Positions 1 through 10,970 of a stretch of DNA of 64,000 nt are shown piece by piece. Numbering within the stretch: position 1 is the first letter of the stretch; every line of letters begins with the position of its first letter. Made by a program: the position numbers and the translations under genes. Under the pieces are notes generated by a model, which was not told the DNA's origin, made no database searches, and saw nothing but the letters and a program-made list of their open reading frames with translations. Where the stretch lies: assembly GCF_001194135.2 (NCBI RefSeq), contig NC_068990.1, positions 4,915,638 through 4,979,637 of the forward strand, read 5' to 3'. This DNA is from Octopus bimaculoides. Taxonomy: Eukaryota.

Positions 1-569
1 TTACGTTTAGGTAATCATGACGTCTAAGTTGTATTATTTTAACTACTTATAAAATTTGGAGAAATCAAGTAGGTCCATATAACATATAACTAAATACATT
101 GCATAAAATCTTTTGGTAATGAGAGGGAAAAAATGCATAGAGTAGTGTATGATTTATGATAAAAAACATTAAATCTTAATTCTATCTTTTCTAATCTAAT
201 AAAAGTTATATTGGATGTGATATTTCTGAAAGATGTTTGCATATCATATTTCACCAGAATATTTATTTTCTTTCAATGATATTTTTCCCCTTTTTTCTCT
301 TTTGACTTGAATAAAAACTAGACTGTTTTTGTGATTATTTACATGTCATGAAATCTTTTGAAATTCTCTCCTTAATTAAATCAATGCAATCCCTCTCTGT
401 TCTTCTTGAGCACTCAAGTATACTTTGTTTTTTTAGTTATATTCATTGTTATATGTTCACATCCTGCTGCAGCTACTAAAATATTTACCTATGCTATACT
501 GATCTCAGTTTGTTGGCGTGCATTCCCACTTCAATAGATTGTTAAAATGTTCCAGTGTAAGAAGTAATA

Positions 570-1075
570 TTCTCATCTACTACATATGTGGAAAATCGGT
601 GTGTGTTTGTTTGTGGCCTTGTTAGCTAACTGTTCCTACATCGTTTTATTGATTTTGATGAAACTTGACATGTGAGTAGAATTCGTGTCTGGAAACCTTG
701 TGACATACTTAGATTGTTGAAAAAAATCGATAATACAACCCCTGGAAGGGACATTTATATCTATCTCATATAACTAATTTTTTTTAGCACCCAAGGGAAA
801 TAACCCAAAGCACCTGCACAATATTTTTTTAAACACTCAAGGAAAATAACCTATTTCATTGTTTATGTTCGATTACTTTGAATATTTTTTTTTTTGTGTG
901 TCCAATTTCTAATTTTTGCAGACAATATTACTTTTATACTTTATTTGACATGTGAGTAGAACTCATGTCTGGAAACCTCATGACATACTTAGATTGTTGA
1001 AAAATACCGATAATAGGGCCCTTCCAATGGATCCTTCTATCTACTACATATCACTAATATTTTATTTAAACAATC
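570..1075. mobile_element. Putative non-autonomous Helitron/Helentron (DINE/HINE-like) element with two ~120-bp internal repeats
   Basis: Opens with tctactacatat..., then gtgtgtttgtttgt and gattttgatgaaacttg, an architecture like DINE-type elements. The unit ttgacatgtgagtagaa...gacatacttagattgttgaaaaa occurs at ~665 and ~945. No diagnostic termini confirmed. Confidence 0.3.
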
Positions 1076-1076
1076 C

Positions 1077-1277
1077 AGGGTGCAATGACCCAGTGGTTAG
1101 GGTAGCGGACTCGCAATTGTAGGACCGCAGTTTCAATTCCCAGACCGAGTGTTGTAAGTGTTTATTGAGCGAAAACACCTAAAGGTCCACGAGGCTCCGG
1201 CAGGGGGTGGTGGCGAACCCTGCTGTACTCTTTCACCACAACTTTCTCTCTTTCTTCCTGTTTCTGTTGTACCTGTA
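1077..1277 (+). mobile_element. tRNA-derived SINE, 3' part lost in N gap
   Basis: Pol III A-box-like TGACCCAGTGG (1086-1096) and B-box-like GTTTCAATTCC (1130-1140), followed by a CpG-rich body unlike the flanks. Confidence 0.8.
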
Positions 1278-1287
1278 NNNNNNNNNN
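1278..1287. other. Assembly gap (10 N) next to (TA)n
   Basis: N run. Confidence 0.99.
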
Positions 1288-1328
<41 letters not shown>

Positions 1329-2353
1329 CATTTATTTTTTATTTGCTTCAGTCATTAGACTACACCCATGCTGGGGCACCACCTGTTACATTATTTTTTG
1401 CTTTTGATATATTTACTATGTTTTGACCATACTATTTTGCTTAGATAGTTTGACTTATTTCTCAATTTCATTGTTGGTTCTACCTTCTCACAAATCGCTT
1501 CTAAACATCTTATTCTTCAATTGCTTTCACTTTGTTTTTATTATCCAATACTACATACCAATTTGTTTTACTACAACAATTAAATCATTTCCTTCTCTCA
1601 CCTGATGCATAAATTGGTATTTGTAACAGACGTAAAGGCATTTCCAAACCTGCGTTATTGTCATAGCAATCAATTATTAAATATATAAGAACAGTGCATG
1701 AAATATAGTGAATAATAAACTACTGGCATGTAACAATATTTGTTTTCAATGATATGCTATTTGACAGAATATATTTATATATTACAAACAGCCAACACTG
1801 TATGCAGTTGACAAATGTAAACATCATATCTTTGTATACAATCTCTTCAAGGCTACAAATAGAGGTGTCAAGAAAACCAGTTTCAGTGATGGGATTTCAG
1901 AAGCAATTGAGTAGCCTATTTTACTCTCCATTTAACACTGACAATAAACTCACTATTAAGATGGGGTTTAAGTAAATTAGATAGACCAATTTACACATAT
2001 AATGCAGTCTTGACAGCGAGATTGATTGTTAAAATAATGTTGTACAGTTTGTGTCAAGGCTATACAATACTACATCTAGTTTTTAGGCAACACTATGATA
2101 AAAAGATATAAACACAATGTCAATTTGTAATACTTTAGAAAGAAAAAAAGCTGTCCACATGATTCATTTCTGCATTCCAAGCTCATCAGCAACTGAGTAC
2201 TCCCTTTAACTGACCCCAGAAATATTGCTTTTAAGCCTATATTCTTTAACAAAAGTTAATGATTCCTCACTCCCAGCAGGCTTAAGCAGTGTGGGATTTC
2301 AAGCACAAATGTTTGAGCTTCCTTGCTATTGCTTTTTAGATGTATACCAGTTA

Positions 2354-2388
<35 letters not shown>

Positions 2389-2508
2389 ACAAGTCATTGT
2401 AAATTCATCAGTAGCATCTCTGAACAATGACATACATACAAACACACATATATAAAGTAGTTTGAAGAAATGCAAATCGATACTTAAAAAATATATGTAT
2501 ATATATAT

Positions 2509-3320
2509 CTGTTGAAGAGCGTAGCTCGAAACGTCAAAGACTTTCCGTATTCCCGAGCGTCATACTAATACATCCTTTTGTTATTTACACCACCTGTCCT
2601 TGTCTGTTGTTGTTTTTTCGTATATTCTCCCATATGTATATATATATGTGCATCCATTTACAAGTTTTATCTTTATAATTCCGATGTGCACTCTACCCCT
2701 CGCTATTCTTTCTATGTATCTCCCTCTCTTGTTCTTCTTCCTTTCTGTTTTTCCTCCCACCCTTTCCCTATTCTTCTCCTCTTCCCTTCACCATTTCCTC
2801 TCTCTCTCTCTCTCACTCTTCCTCCTTGACTCTCTCATTGTTCACAAGTGACCAACAGCTATCCATCTCTCTTTCTTCCACTTCCTTCTTAAAGACAAGA
2901 CATGCGTTTGCCTGTCTCTTCTCAAAGCTTGTTTATCTAGCATTCACCACTTCACATCGTCTTGGCTTAACAGCCCTCACCGTTTGTTTTTACTGGTTTG
3001 ATCTTACTGTCCTGTTCTTGTTACCACTTTAACCCTCCACAAAAAATACTAATTTTTATTTAATTTGCTTTGCAGGAAGGACTGTTTTAACAAAGTCGTG
3101 TCTTGTTCCTACCTTTGAAATGTGGAGTAGATAAAACAGGGGACAACTGATGAAGGGAATGTTTTTTTATGTTGCTTGTGTCGTTTTTCTATTTGTTTCT
3201 TTTGTTGTTCAAAAAAAGTTTGTTTTTTATGTTTCTGTTTTTATGTCCTCATTTCTCATTTTGTTGACATTTTTTTTGATGTCCTGTACCCATATATGCA
3301 TGTATATATACATAGATATG
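2509..3320 (+). mobile_element. Penelope-like element terminal-repeat remnants
   Basis: ctgttgaagagcgtagctcgaaacgtc (2509-2535) and actgatgaaggg (~3146) are typical PLE terminal motifs. Pyrimidine-rich body, no ORF. Confidence 0.4.
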
Positions 3321-4544
3321 TAGGTATGTACATATATGTATATATATATACATATATATACATGTGTGTGCATATATTTATATATTTTTAATATCATTAC
3401 TATTATTATTCTATATATATATATATATATATATTTGAAAGTCTATGAGGATTATTTAATACAGTTTTTGAGTGTAAAGGTGATTTTTAAAAAAATCATT
3501 TTTCTAAGAAATGTTATGAAATCTTTTATGAGGATATTACTAACCTTTTTGGGAAAGAGAGAAAGGTAGACAGACAGACAGACAGACAGACAGATAGACA
3601 AACAGAAAGATTGATATTATAATATTATGAATCAAATATATTCATATTAATATTAATATTTACGTTCCTGAAATGGATTTTCCATTTTGTATTCAAACAA
3701 TTCTAAATACAGTATTAAAGATAATATAAATTCTAATCTTTAATTCAAACTGTGCATGCACACCCACCCACCCAAACCCACATCTGTAAATCAACCTTGG
3801 CCACTACAATTATCAACATCAGTACAACCCCCCTCAGCACCAAACCCAATACAACCCTTACCATTCACAATAATCCACCATGTCCTAAATGATCAAAAGC
3901 AACAGCAACAGTAGCATGGAGAAGAGAGCCAAAGCCTAACTGAGATTATAGACAATGAGAGGTGACAATGTGGTACCTTAACACATTTCAGAAGTTGAAT
4001 GAAAATGTCCTTGATCATAGGTCAATGAGGATTGACTTGAGACGAAACAGCAGCAACAATACAATTCGGAAAAACAATATGACCTCTGCCAGCACCACCA
4101 CTATCTCCACCATGATCAGCACCACTCTCAACCCACCAACGTAAGTATAAATCAGCTGGCAACAATAATAATGTCTAGCTGCATAATGCTGCATGTCAAC
4201 ACAACAGTGTGTGTGAGAGAGAGTGAAAGAGAGAGAGAGAGAGAGAAAGCTAGTAGGGTGTGGAATTTTTATAACTTCAGTCAGAGATGCCAGAAGCAAA
4301 GTGCCCATGAATGTGGTAGCCTTTCAACTAACTGCAATCATTCAGTGCTTTCTCCCATATCACTTCTTCACCCTTCCATCTTATTTCCATTGTTATATAC
4401 ATAGGAATAAGATACCAATCTTTTGCTCTCTCAAAATAGTTCTTTCCTTGGTGTTATTTTACTTTTATGATGTATTTGTTATGGATAATTGTTAATTGCT
4501 GCTGCTGTTGGGTTTATCTACAATTCGAAATGAGGCACTGGTGG

Positions 4545-5195
4545 AGCTTTTAAAATGGCTTTATATAGGAGAAAAAATCAGCTACATTACTAAATCATTG
4601 AATCTTGGTATGTCTACAGTGGGAAAATATGTGCCAACAGAGACAAAGTTAAGTCTAGTGTTCTAGAAGTTACTTCCTTAACTGCTTGAACCATGTTTTT
4701 TTTTATGGATTTAATGTGATGCTTAAAATTGATTGCTTCTTAAGTGTTGGATCAAAGATCTGACTCACTGTTTCCATTCACAAGAAGCCAATAATCTGTA
4801 TGAAAATTTACATAAAAAGGAATTTGCAAAACATTTTCTGGCTTGCAAAAGCTGGATCTAAAGATTTAAGAAGTGCTTGAATGTGCACAACATAAAAGAC
4901 TGGAGCTGCTAGTGCTGATACAGAAGTTAATACTAATTATCTTAAGCAGCTGAAAAAATGATTGCTGATGAGAATATACACTGTTGATGAAACTACTTTT
5001 CTGGAAGCACCATGCCTGCTAGAAGTATTATTTCTTAAAAGGAAACTCAACTCCAGAATTTAAAACTTCAAAAAATTGTCTGCATCTTCTGGGAGGAAAT
5101 ATTGGTGATGATATGAAATTAAAACCAAATATTTGTTTATCATTCCAAAAATGTAAGGGCTTTCAAGGAGCACAAAGTTTAATCTAATTTGAAAT
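4545..5195 (+). mobile_element. Degenerate Tigger/pogo transposase fragment
   Basis: Frameshifted pieces read IGEKISYITKSLNLGMSTVGK (CENP-B-like HTH), RFKKCLNVHNIK, GAASAD, VDET..FWK..MPAR, and LLGGNIGDDMKLKP (pogo DDE N-terminal block). Confidence 0.75.
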
Positions 5196-7764
5196 TCAAA
5201 TACAATGAACTCTTTTGAAGTTGAACTCTTTGAATTTCAAATCAAAGGGCGTTTTTTTGAAGTGTGGTTTACACACACACACACACAAACACTTGAAGAT
5301 TGTAGTAATGTGAAACTCAAGTTGAGCCATACTTTCAGTTTCACTTTCACTAAAATAGATATGCACACAAAGTGTGTGTGTGTGTGTGTGTGTGTGTGTA
5401 TTATGATTTCACTTAGGCACAAAAATACCAATAACCAGTAGTTAGATCTCAATACACTTATACTTTAGAGTAGAATGTCAGGAAAATACGAAGCGAAATA
5501 TCAATTAATGAATGACAACAGAACAGGAGATACATAATCATTTTTATTAGCTTACAGTTATTTCTGCTATAAGAAGCAGCGCACTCAGAGCTGAGTGCTT
5601 ATGCAACAGTCCATAACTTCCTTGAGACAATACATTCAAACAGGATGCCTATTCAGAAATATACAGATGTGTGTGTTCCTTTATATAGACACATACGTAT
5701 GCACATATACAAACACATATGTGCATGCACATACATGTGGCACACACACACACACATACAAGAAAAAATATATTAAGAGAGTATAAATAATTATATGTTT
5801 GAAGAGTGAAGTAGATATAACTTATTATTATTAACAGCTATTAGTTAAGATTTCCATATCATTAATATCCTATTGTGGTATACTTTTTTGATAGCTGACA
5901 AGTTAAATTCAAGATTACATTACTAATTTTTATTAATAGAACTATTGATAGTATTGAAATTTTACTTACTTAGTATCCAGATATTTAAATGCTTACAAAC
6001 AATAATTATAGTCATAAACATACATACACTACATGGATTTTTATCCTTAATATATTTTATTTCTCAACTGCAAACTGGAATGAAGTAATTTTAGCATTTC
6101 AGAATATTTTTGATGGTATATTTTTCTTTGGTGCATTTGATATTGAATTTTTCAATATTTTTTAAATCTTATATTGTCAGAACTTTTGCAAAGTCATTAG
6201 TGAAATTGTGTAGAAGAGATGATTGTAAGAGAAAATGATGATGATAATTATGATGAAGTTGAAGTAGCATGCTCTGTCATTTAACAGAATATATGTCTAA
6301 AATTAATGAGCAAATCTCTCTGGTAAAAATATCAGATTAATTCAAGTTTACAAAACCATTTTTTGGAGACAGTTTTAAAAGTTTATATTTATTTTTGAAG
6401 ATAAAAACTTCCTCACAGCTGTCAACTAATATTTCCATAGTTCATTATCATCAATATCCTGTTGTGTGTGTGTGTGTGTGTGAGTAAGTGTGTGTGTGTG
6501 TGTGTGTATTTTTAATGGCTAGCAAGATAAGTTTATGATTGGGTTGGTAATTTTTTATAATAGATCTATTTTTAAGTTGTCTGCAAAGCAAATTTGAAAG
6601 CTAAATTAAAAATTTTAAGTAAAGGTTAATAGGTCAGAGATTTCAGCTTAGAAAAAGCCAAGAGAGAAATTAATTGTGCGATAATTGTTTCAAATCTAAT
6701 AAATGTTTTATTCTGCAATATCTATTAGAATAAAAGCCTCATGAGTAAATTTTGGTTGAGAGAAACTAAAAGAAGGTTGTCACATACATACACATATATA
6801 TATATACATGTATAGTGTATACATGACTGTATGCTTATATTTGGACACTGTGAAAGCCACAAACTATGAGCCAATTGCTCACTCACTTTGGGTGGGCCCG
6901 GGAACAGGTGGTGCAAGGGGTGCAAGCGCACTTAGAATCAAATTTTTGCCCTTACTTACTCTTCTCAGGTTTAGAAAACAGTGCATAAGAAAACTAATCT
7001 GTAAAAATTATTTGGGAGTTAGGCTTGTTCTCAAAGAACAAAGGACAGAAATAAACAAAAAACACAAGACCTTATTTATAAAAAAATTTGGGCCTGATTT
7101 TACATCCCCTATGCAAATTTTGTTCCCAAGCCAATGTGTTTGTGCCTTCAAAGATGTTTGAAATGAATGATTATTTATATGAAAAACTTGAGGATTAGTG
7201 AGAGGCCATGCATCTATCTGTAACACAAACGTCTCTATAACATATTCTTTTAACCAGTTCTAAGGTGGAAAAAATGGATGTAAAATGCAAGCAATTGAAA
7301 GAAGTATCTTCAGCTATATTTAGGATTTATATGACTGAACTGAAATTTTTCTTGTCAGTATAGAAAATGATGTTGAATCTATAACATAGTGAATAAATGA
7401 GAGTCATTTATTATTAATATTACTCTCTATCTAACAAATTGCAGTAAAAATATCTAAATATTTTATGTAATATTCCAGTGACCCACAGAATCCATTATAA
7501 AATAATCTTCTGCTTTAGTACATTCAAAATTGCATTAAAATATTGATACAAACAGATTTATGCTTGAGATATTCTACTCATTAATTGTCGTAAATGCAAA
7601 TTTTTCATAATATAAATAAATAATGGATCTATACATTAGTCTCTCTCTCTCTCTCTCCCTCCCCCTCACTCTCTCTCTCTCCCTCTCTTTCCCCCTCTCC
7701 CCCTCTCTCTCTCTCTCACACACACACACATACAAATAGACGAGAGCATGCATTACTGTAAATA

Positions 7765-8584
7765 CAACAGTCAGCTAAAAAGTTCATAGACTGGTCTAGA
7801 TACTCTCGTGGAATGTGACCATAGTCCACCTCGTAGTCCGTAAACTTCTATCAGTGTCGCCACTCTTGGATCTCATTGGTAAAGAAACTTTCATCCTGTT
7901 GGCGTTTCTACTGCACGGATTGTCTCTTTGTCTCTGTCTTAAGTGATGAACTGAACACTCACCCTGGGGGAGGAAATGTTTAAGGAAACCAGTTGGATCT
8001 GCCTTAAACAATGTCAGGTTTTCTTGTGATGTGATGAGCTTGGTGCACTTTTGATCAGGTGTCAGAAAATGTGGCACCCACCAAGTAAAAACCTTTGTTA
8101 TGCCAAGTTCATTGTGCAGAATGATCTCAATTGCTTCATGGGATATGCTAATAGATTTGGCTACTGGATTTAGTCAACTGTCTCTCATCCATCACTATGT
8201 GATGAACACACTCAAGGCGATGGCAGTTTCAGGACGTTCAGACCTTGCATCATCATCCCCTTCGATATTCAGTTTCCCACTTTTGCACTGTTTTTAAAAC
8301 TGGTCATCTGCTAATGTAGCTACCATGTCAGCATAAATGTCCTTGGGGGCTAAACTCTTTTTCTGCAGGCACTCTATAACACCACAATGTCAAATTTTGT
8401 CCAGTTTCAAGAGAAGTTGCCACTAGTTACTTTTGAAGTCTTCTTTGAACAGTCAGATGCTAGTTTACCTGGAAAGAAACAATACAATTATTAATAAGAT
8501 GAGCTGAAATTAAGGCATGCAAGATTTCACAACTCTAGCATCACTCCTTCGTAGTCAAATAATGAACTTTGCAGCCCACTCTTG
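7765..8584 (-). mobile_element. Internally deleted mariner-like element
   Basis: Minus-strand LQKKSLAPKDIYADMVATL and WVPHFLTPDQK...LFKADPTGFL (mariner WVPHxL linker). Ends caacagtcagctaaaaagttca and revcomp caagagtgggctgcaaagttca match at 17/22. TA at 7763-7764. Confidence 0.85.
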
Positions 8585-8850
8585 CAAGTGATAACCTTGA
8601 ACTCAGGGCTCCATCAGGTTACACAGGATGTTAGCTGTCAACAGTTATCACTGTCTGTCTGTCTATATATATATATAATTATACATATATATATATATAT
8701 AGTATATTGCCACTTAAGTGTGGCTGACCCCTAGGGGTGGATGTTACTGTTGCTTTTAGCCCCAGGAGGACATCTCCTCCAGCTGGCTTATCGACACACG
8801 ACTGTGTCCTGTTTGCCAAGGGAGTTATCCCTCTCACCTCTTAGAGAATT

Positions 8851-8887
<37 letters not shown>

Positions 8888-9028
8888 CTCTTAAAAAATA
8901 GAGCTCAAAATCGATGCATTGAAAATACTTTATTGCAGCAACAATTATAATAGCAGTAACAACAATAAGCCAAACCTATGCACATTTCAATAGAGTATCC
9001 AGGATAAATAAACCACATCATAAAATGT

Positions 9029-9433
9029 NNNNNNNNNNNNNNNNNNNNNNNNNNNNNNNNNNNNNNNNNNNNNNNNNNNNNNNNNNNNNNNNNNNNNNNN
9101 NNNNNNNNNNNNNNNNNNNNNNNNNNNNNNNNNNNNNNNNNNNNNNNNNNNNNNNNNNNNNNNNNNNNNNNNNNNNNNNNNNNNNNNNNNNNNNNNNNNN
9201 NNNNNNNNNNNNNNNNNNNNNNNNNNNNNNNNNNNNNNNNNNNNNNNNNNNNNNNNNNNNNNNNNNNNNNNNNNNNNNNNNNNNNNNNNNNNNNNNNNNN
9301 NNNNNNNNNNNNNNNNNNNNNNNNNNNNNNNNNNNNNNNNNNNNNNNNNNNNNNNNNNNNNNNNNNNNNNNNNNNNNNNNNNNNNNNNNNNNNNNNNNNN
9401 NNNNNNNNNNNNNNNNNNNNNNNNNNNNNNNNN
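9029..9433. other. Assembly gap
   Basis: N run. Confidence 0.99.
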
Positions 9434-9793
9434 TATATATATATATACAAAAACTCACCTGTGAGGTTTTTGCTAAGACTGTTAACAGATACTATATAAT
9501 TTATAAAATTTTGTTTTATAAAAAAATATATATCTAATATATATATATATATATATATGCATGAGTGTGTATATATGTGTGTATACATATATATATATAT
9601 TGATGTTTTGCTTAAGCATAGCAATACTATAATAATAACCTAGCATTAGAACTCAATATACTTCAGAAAAAAAAAAACATCAGTCAAATACAGAGTGGTA
9701 ACAAATAGTTGAATGGTTGAATGTCACTCTGCAGCTTCAAACATGAAGTGGAGTTTTATTTGGGAAAACATTTGCATTTATATGTATATATAA

Positions 9794-10970
9794 AGATGTA
9801 CCCGGTGCAAGCTATGGACACATAAGAGGTGCAGCAACATCAAAGGCAGGTTAACTAGCAAGTTAGTTTTTGCTTGTGGCAGATGTTCAGGTGCAATAAA
9901 GACTGCAAACAAACAGGAAACAACTTCTATCTCATTCCAGGGTGAAAAACTAGAGGTAGTCGATAGCTTCCGCTATCTGGGCGACCAAGTTAGTAGTGGG
10001 GGTGGGTGCGCTGAAAGTGTAGCTGCTAGAATAAGAATAGCCTGGGCAAAGTTTAGAGAGCTCTTACCCCTGCTGGCGACAAAGGGACTCTCACTCAGAG
10101 TAAAAGGCAGACTGTATGACGCATGCGTACGAACAACCATGCTACATGGCAGTGAAACATGGGCTGTAACTGCTGAGGACATNNNNNNNNNNNNNNNNNN
10201 NNNNNNNNNNNNNNNNNNNNNNNNNNNNNNNNNNNNNNNNNNNNNNNNNNNNNNNNNNNNNNNNNNNNNNNNNNNNNNNNNNNNNNNNNNNNNNNNNNNN
10301 NNNNNNNNNNNNNNNNNNNNNNNNNNNNNNNNNNNNNNNNNNNNNNNNNNNNNNNNNNNNNNNNNNNNNNNNNNNNNNNNNNNNNNNNNNNNNNNNNNNN
10401 NNNNNNNNNNNNNNNNNNNNNNNNNNNNNNNNNNNNNNNNNNNNNNNNNNNNNNNNNNNNNNNNNNNNNNNNNNNNNNNNNNNNNNNNNNNNNNNNNNNN
10501 NNNNNNNNNNNNNNNNNNNNNNNNNNNNNNNNNNNNNNNNNNNNNNNNNNNNNNNNNNNNNNNNNNNNNNNNNNNNNNNNNNNNNNNNNNNNNNNNNNNN
10601 NNNNNNNNNNNNNNNNNNNNNNNNNNNNNNNNNNNNNNNNNNNNNNNNNNNNNNNNNNNNNNNNNNNNNNNNNNNNNNNNNNNNNNNNNNNNNNNNNNNN
10701 NNNNNNNNNNNNNNNNNNNNNNNNNNNNNNNNNNGGCACATAAAAGACACCATTTCGAGCGTGGCCGTTCTCGTGCGGGTGACACGTAAAAGCACCCACT
10801 ACACTCTCTGAGTGGTTGGCGTTAGGAAGGGCATCCAGCTGTAGAAACTCTGCCAAATCAGACTGGAGCCTGGTGTTGCCATCCGGTTTCACCAGTCCTC
10901 AGTCAAATCGTCCAACCCATGCTAGCATGGAAAGCGGACGTTAAACGATGATGATGATGATGATGATGAT
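9794..10970 (+). mobile_element. 5'-truncated RTE-clade LINE (RT C-terminal part, 3' UTR, (GAT)n tail), spanning an N gap
   Basis: Open frame 9794-10182: RCTRCKLWTHKRC...LEVVDSFRYLGD...ARIRIAWAKFREL...LYDACVRTTMLHGSETW, typical of RTE RT thumb. After the gap comes the same 3' UTR as at 45255, ending ggacgttaaac(gat)n. Confidence 0.92.
10183..10734. other. Assembly gap inside the RTE element
   Basis: N run; size is close to the missing RTE segment judged from the 44818 copy. Confidence 0.99.

Noticed and set aside
4021-4140. 120-nt AG...GTAAGT-bounded segment encoding an S/T/N-rich peptide
   Set aside because: It lies in a degenerate CAA/CAC low-complexity tract, has a weak acceptor, and has no partner exon or recognisable domain.
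5549-5592. Minus-strand hammerhead-like layout (AGCT...TGCT/AGCA-GAAA-TAACTG-TA-AGCT)
   Set aside because: The 5' core reads CTGAGTGCGC rather than CUGANGA. It may be a decayed PLE end but cannot be called a ribozyme.
8720-8835. GC-rich block with hairpins (acccc-ta-ggggt; ggagga-catc-tcctcc), considered as an HDV-like ribozyme
   Set aside because: The nested double pseudoknot (P1, P1.1, P2, P3, catalytic C) could not be built on either strand; probably a LINE end fragment.
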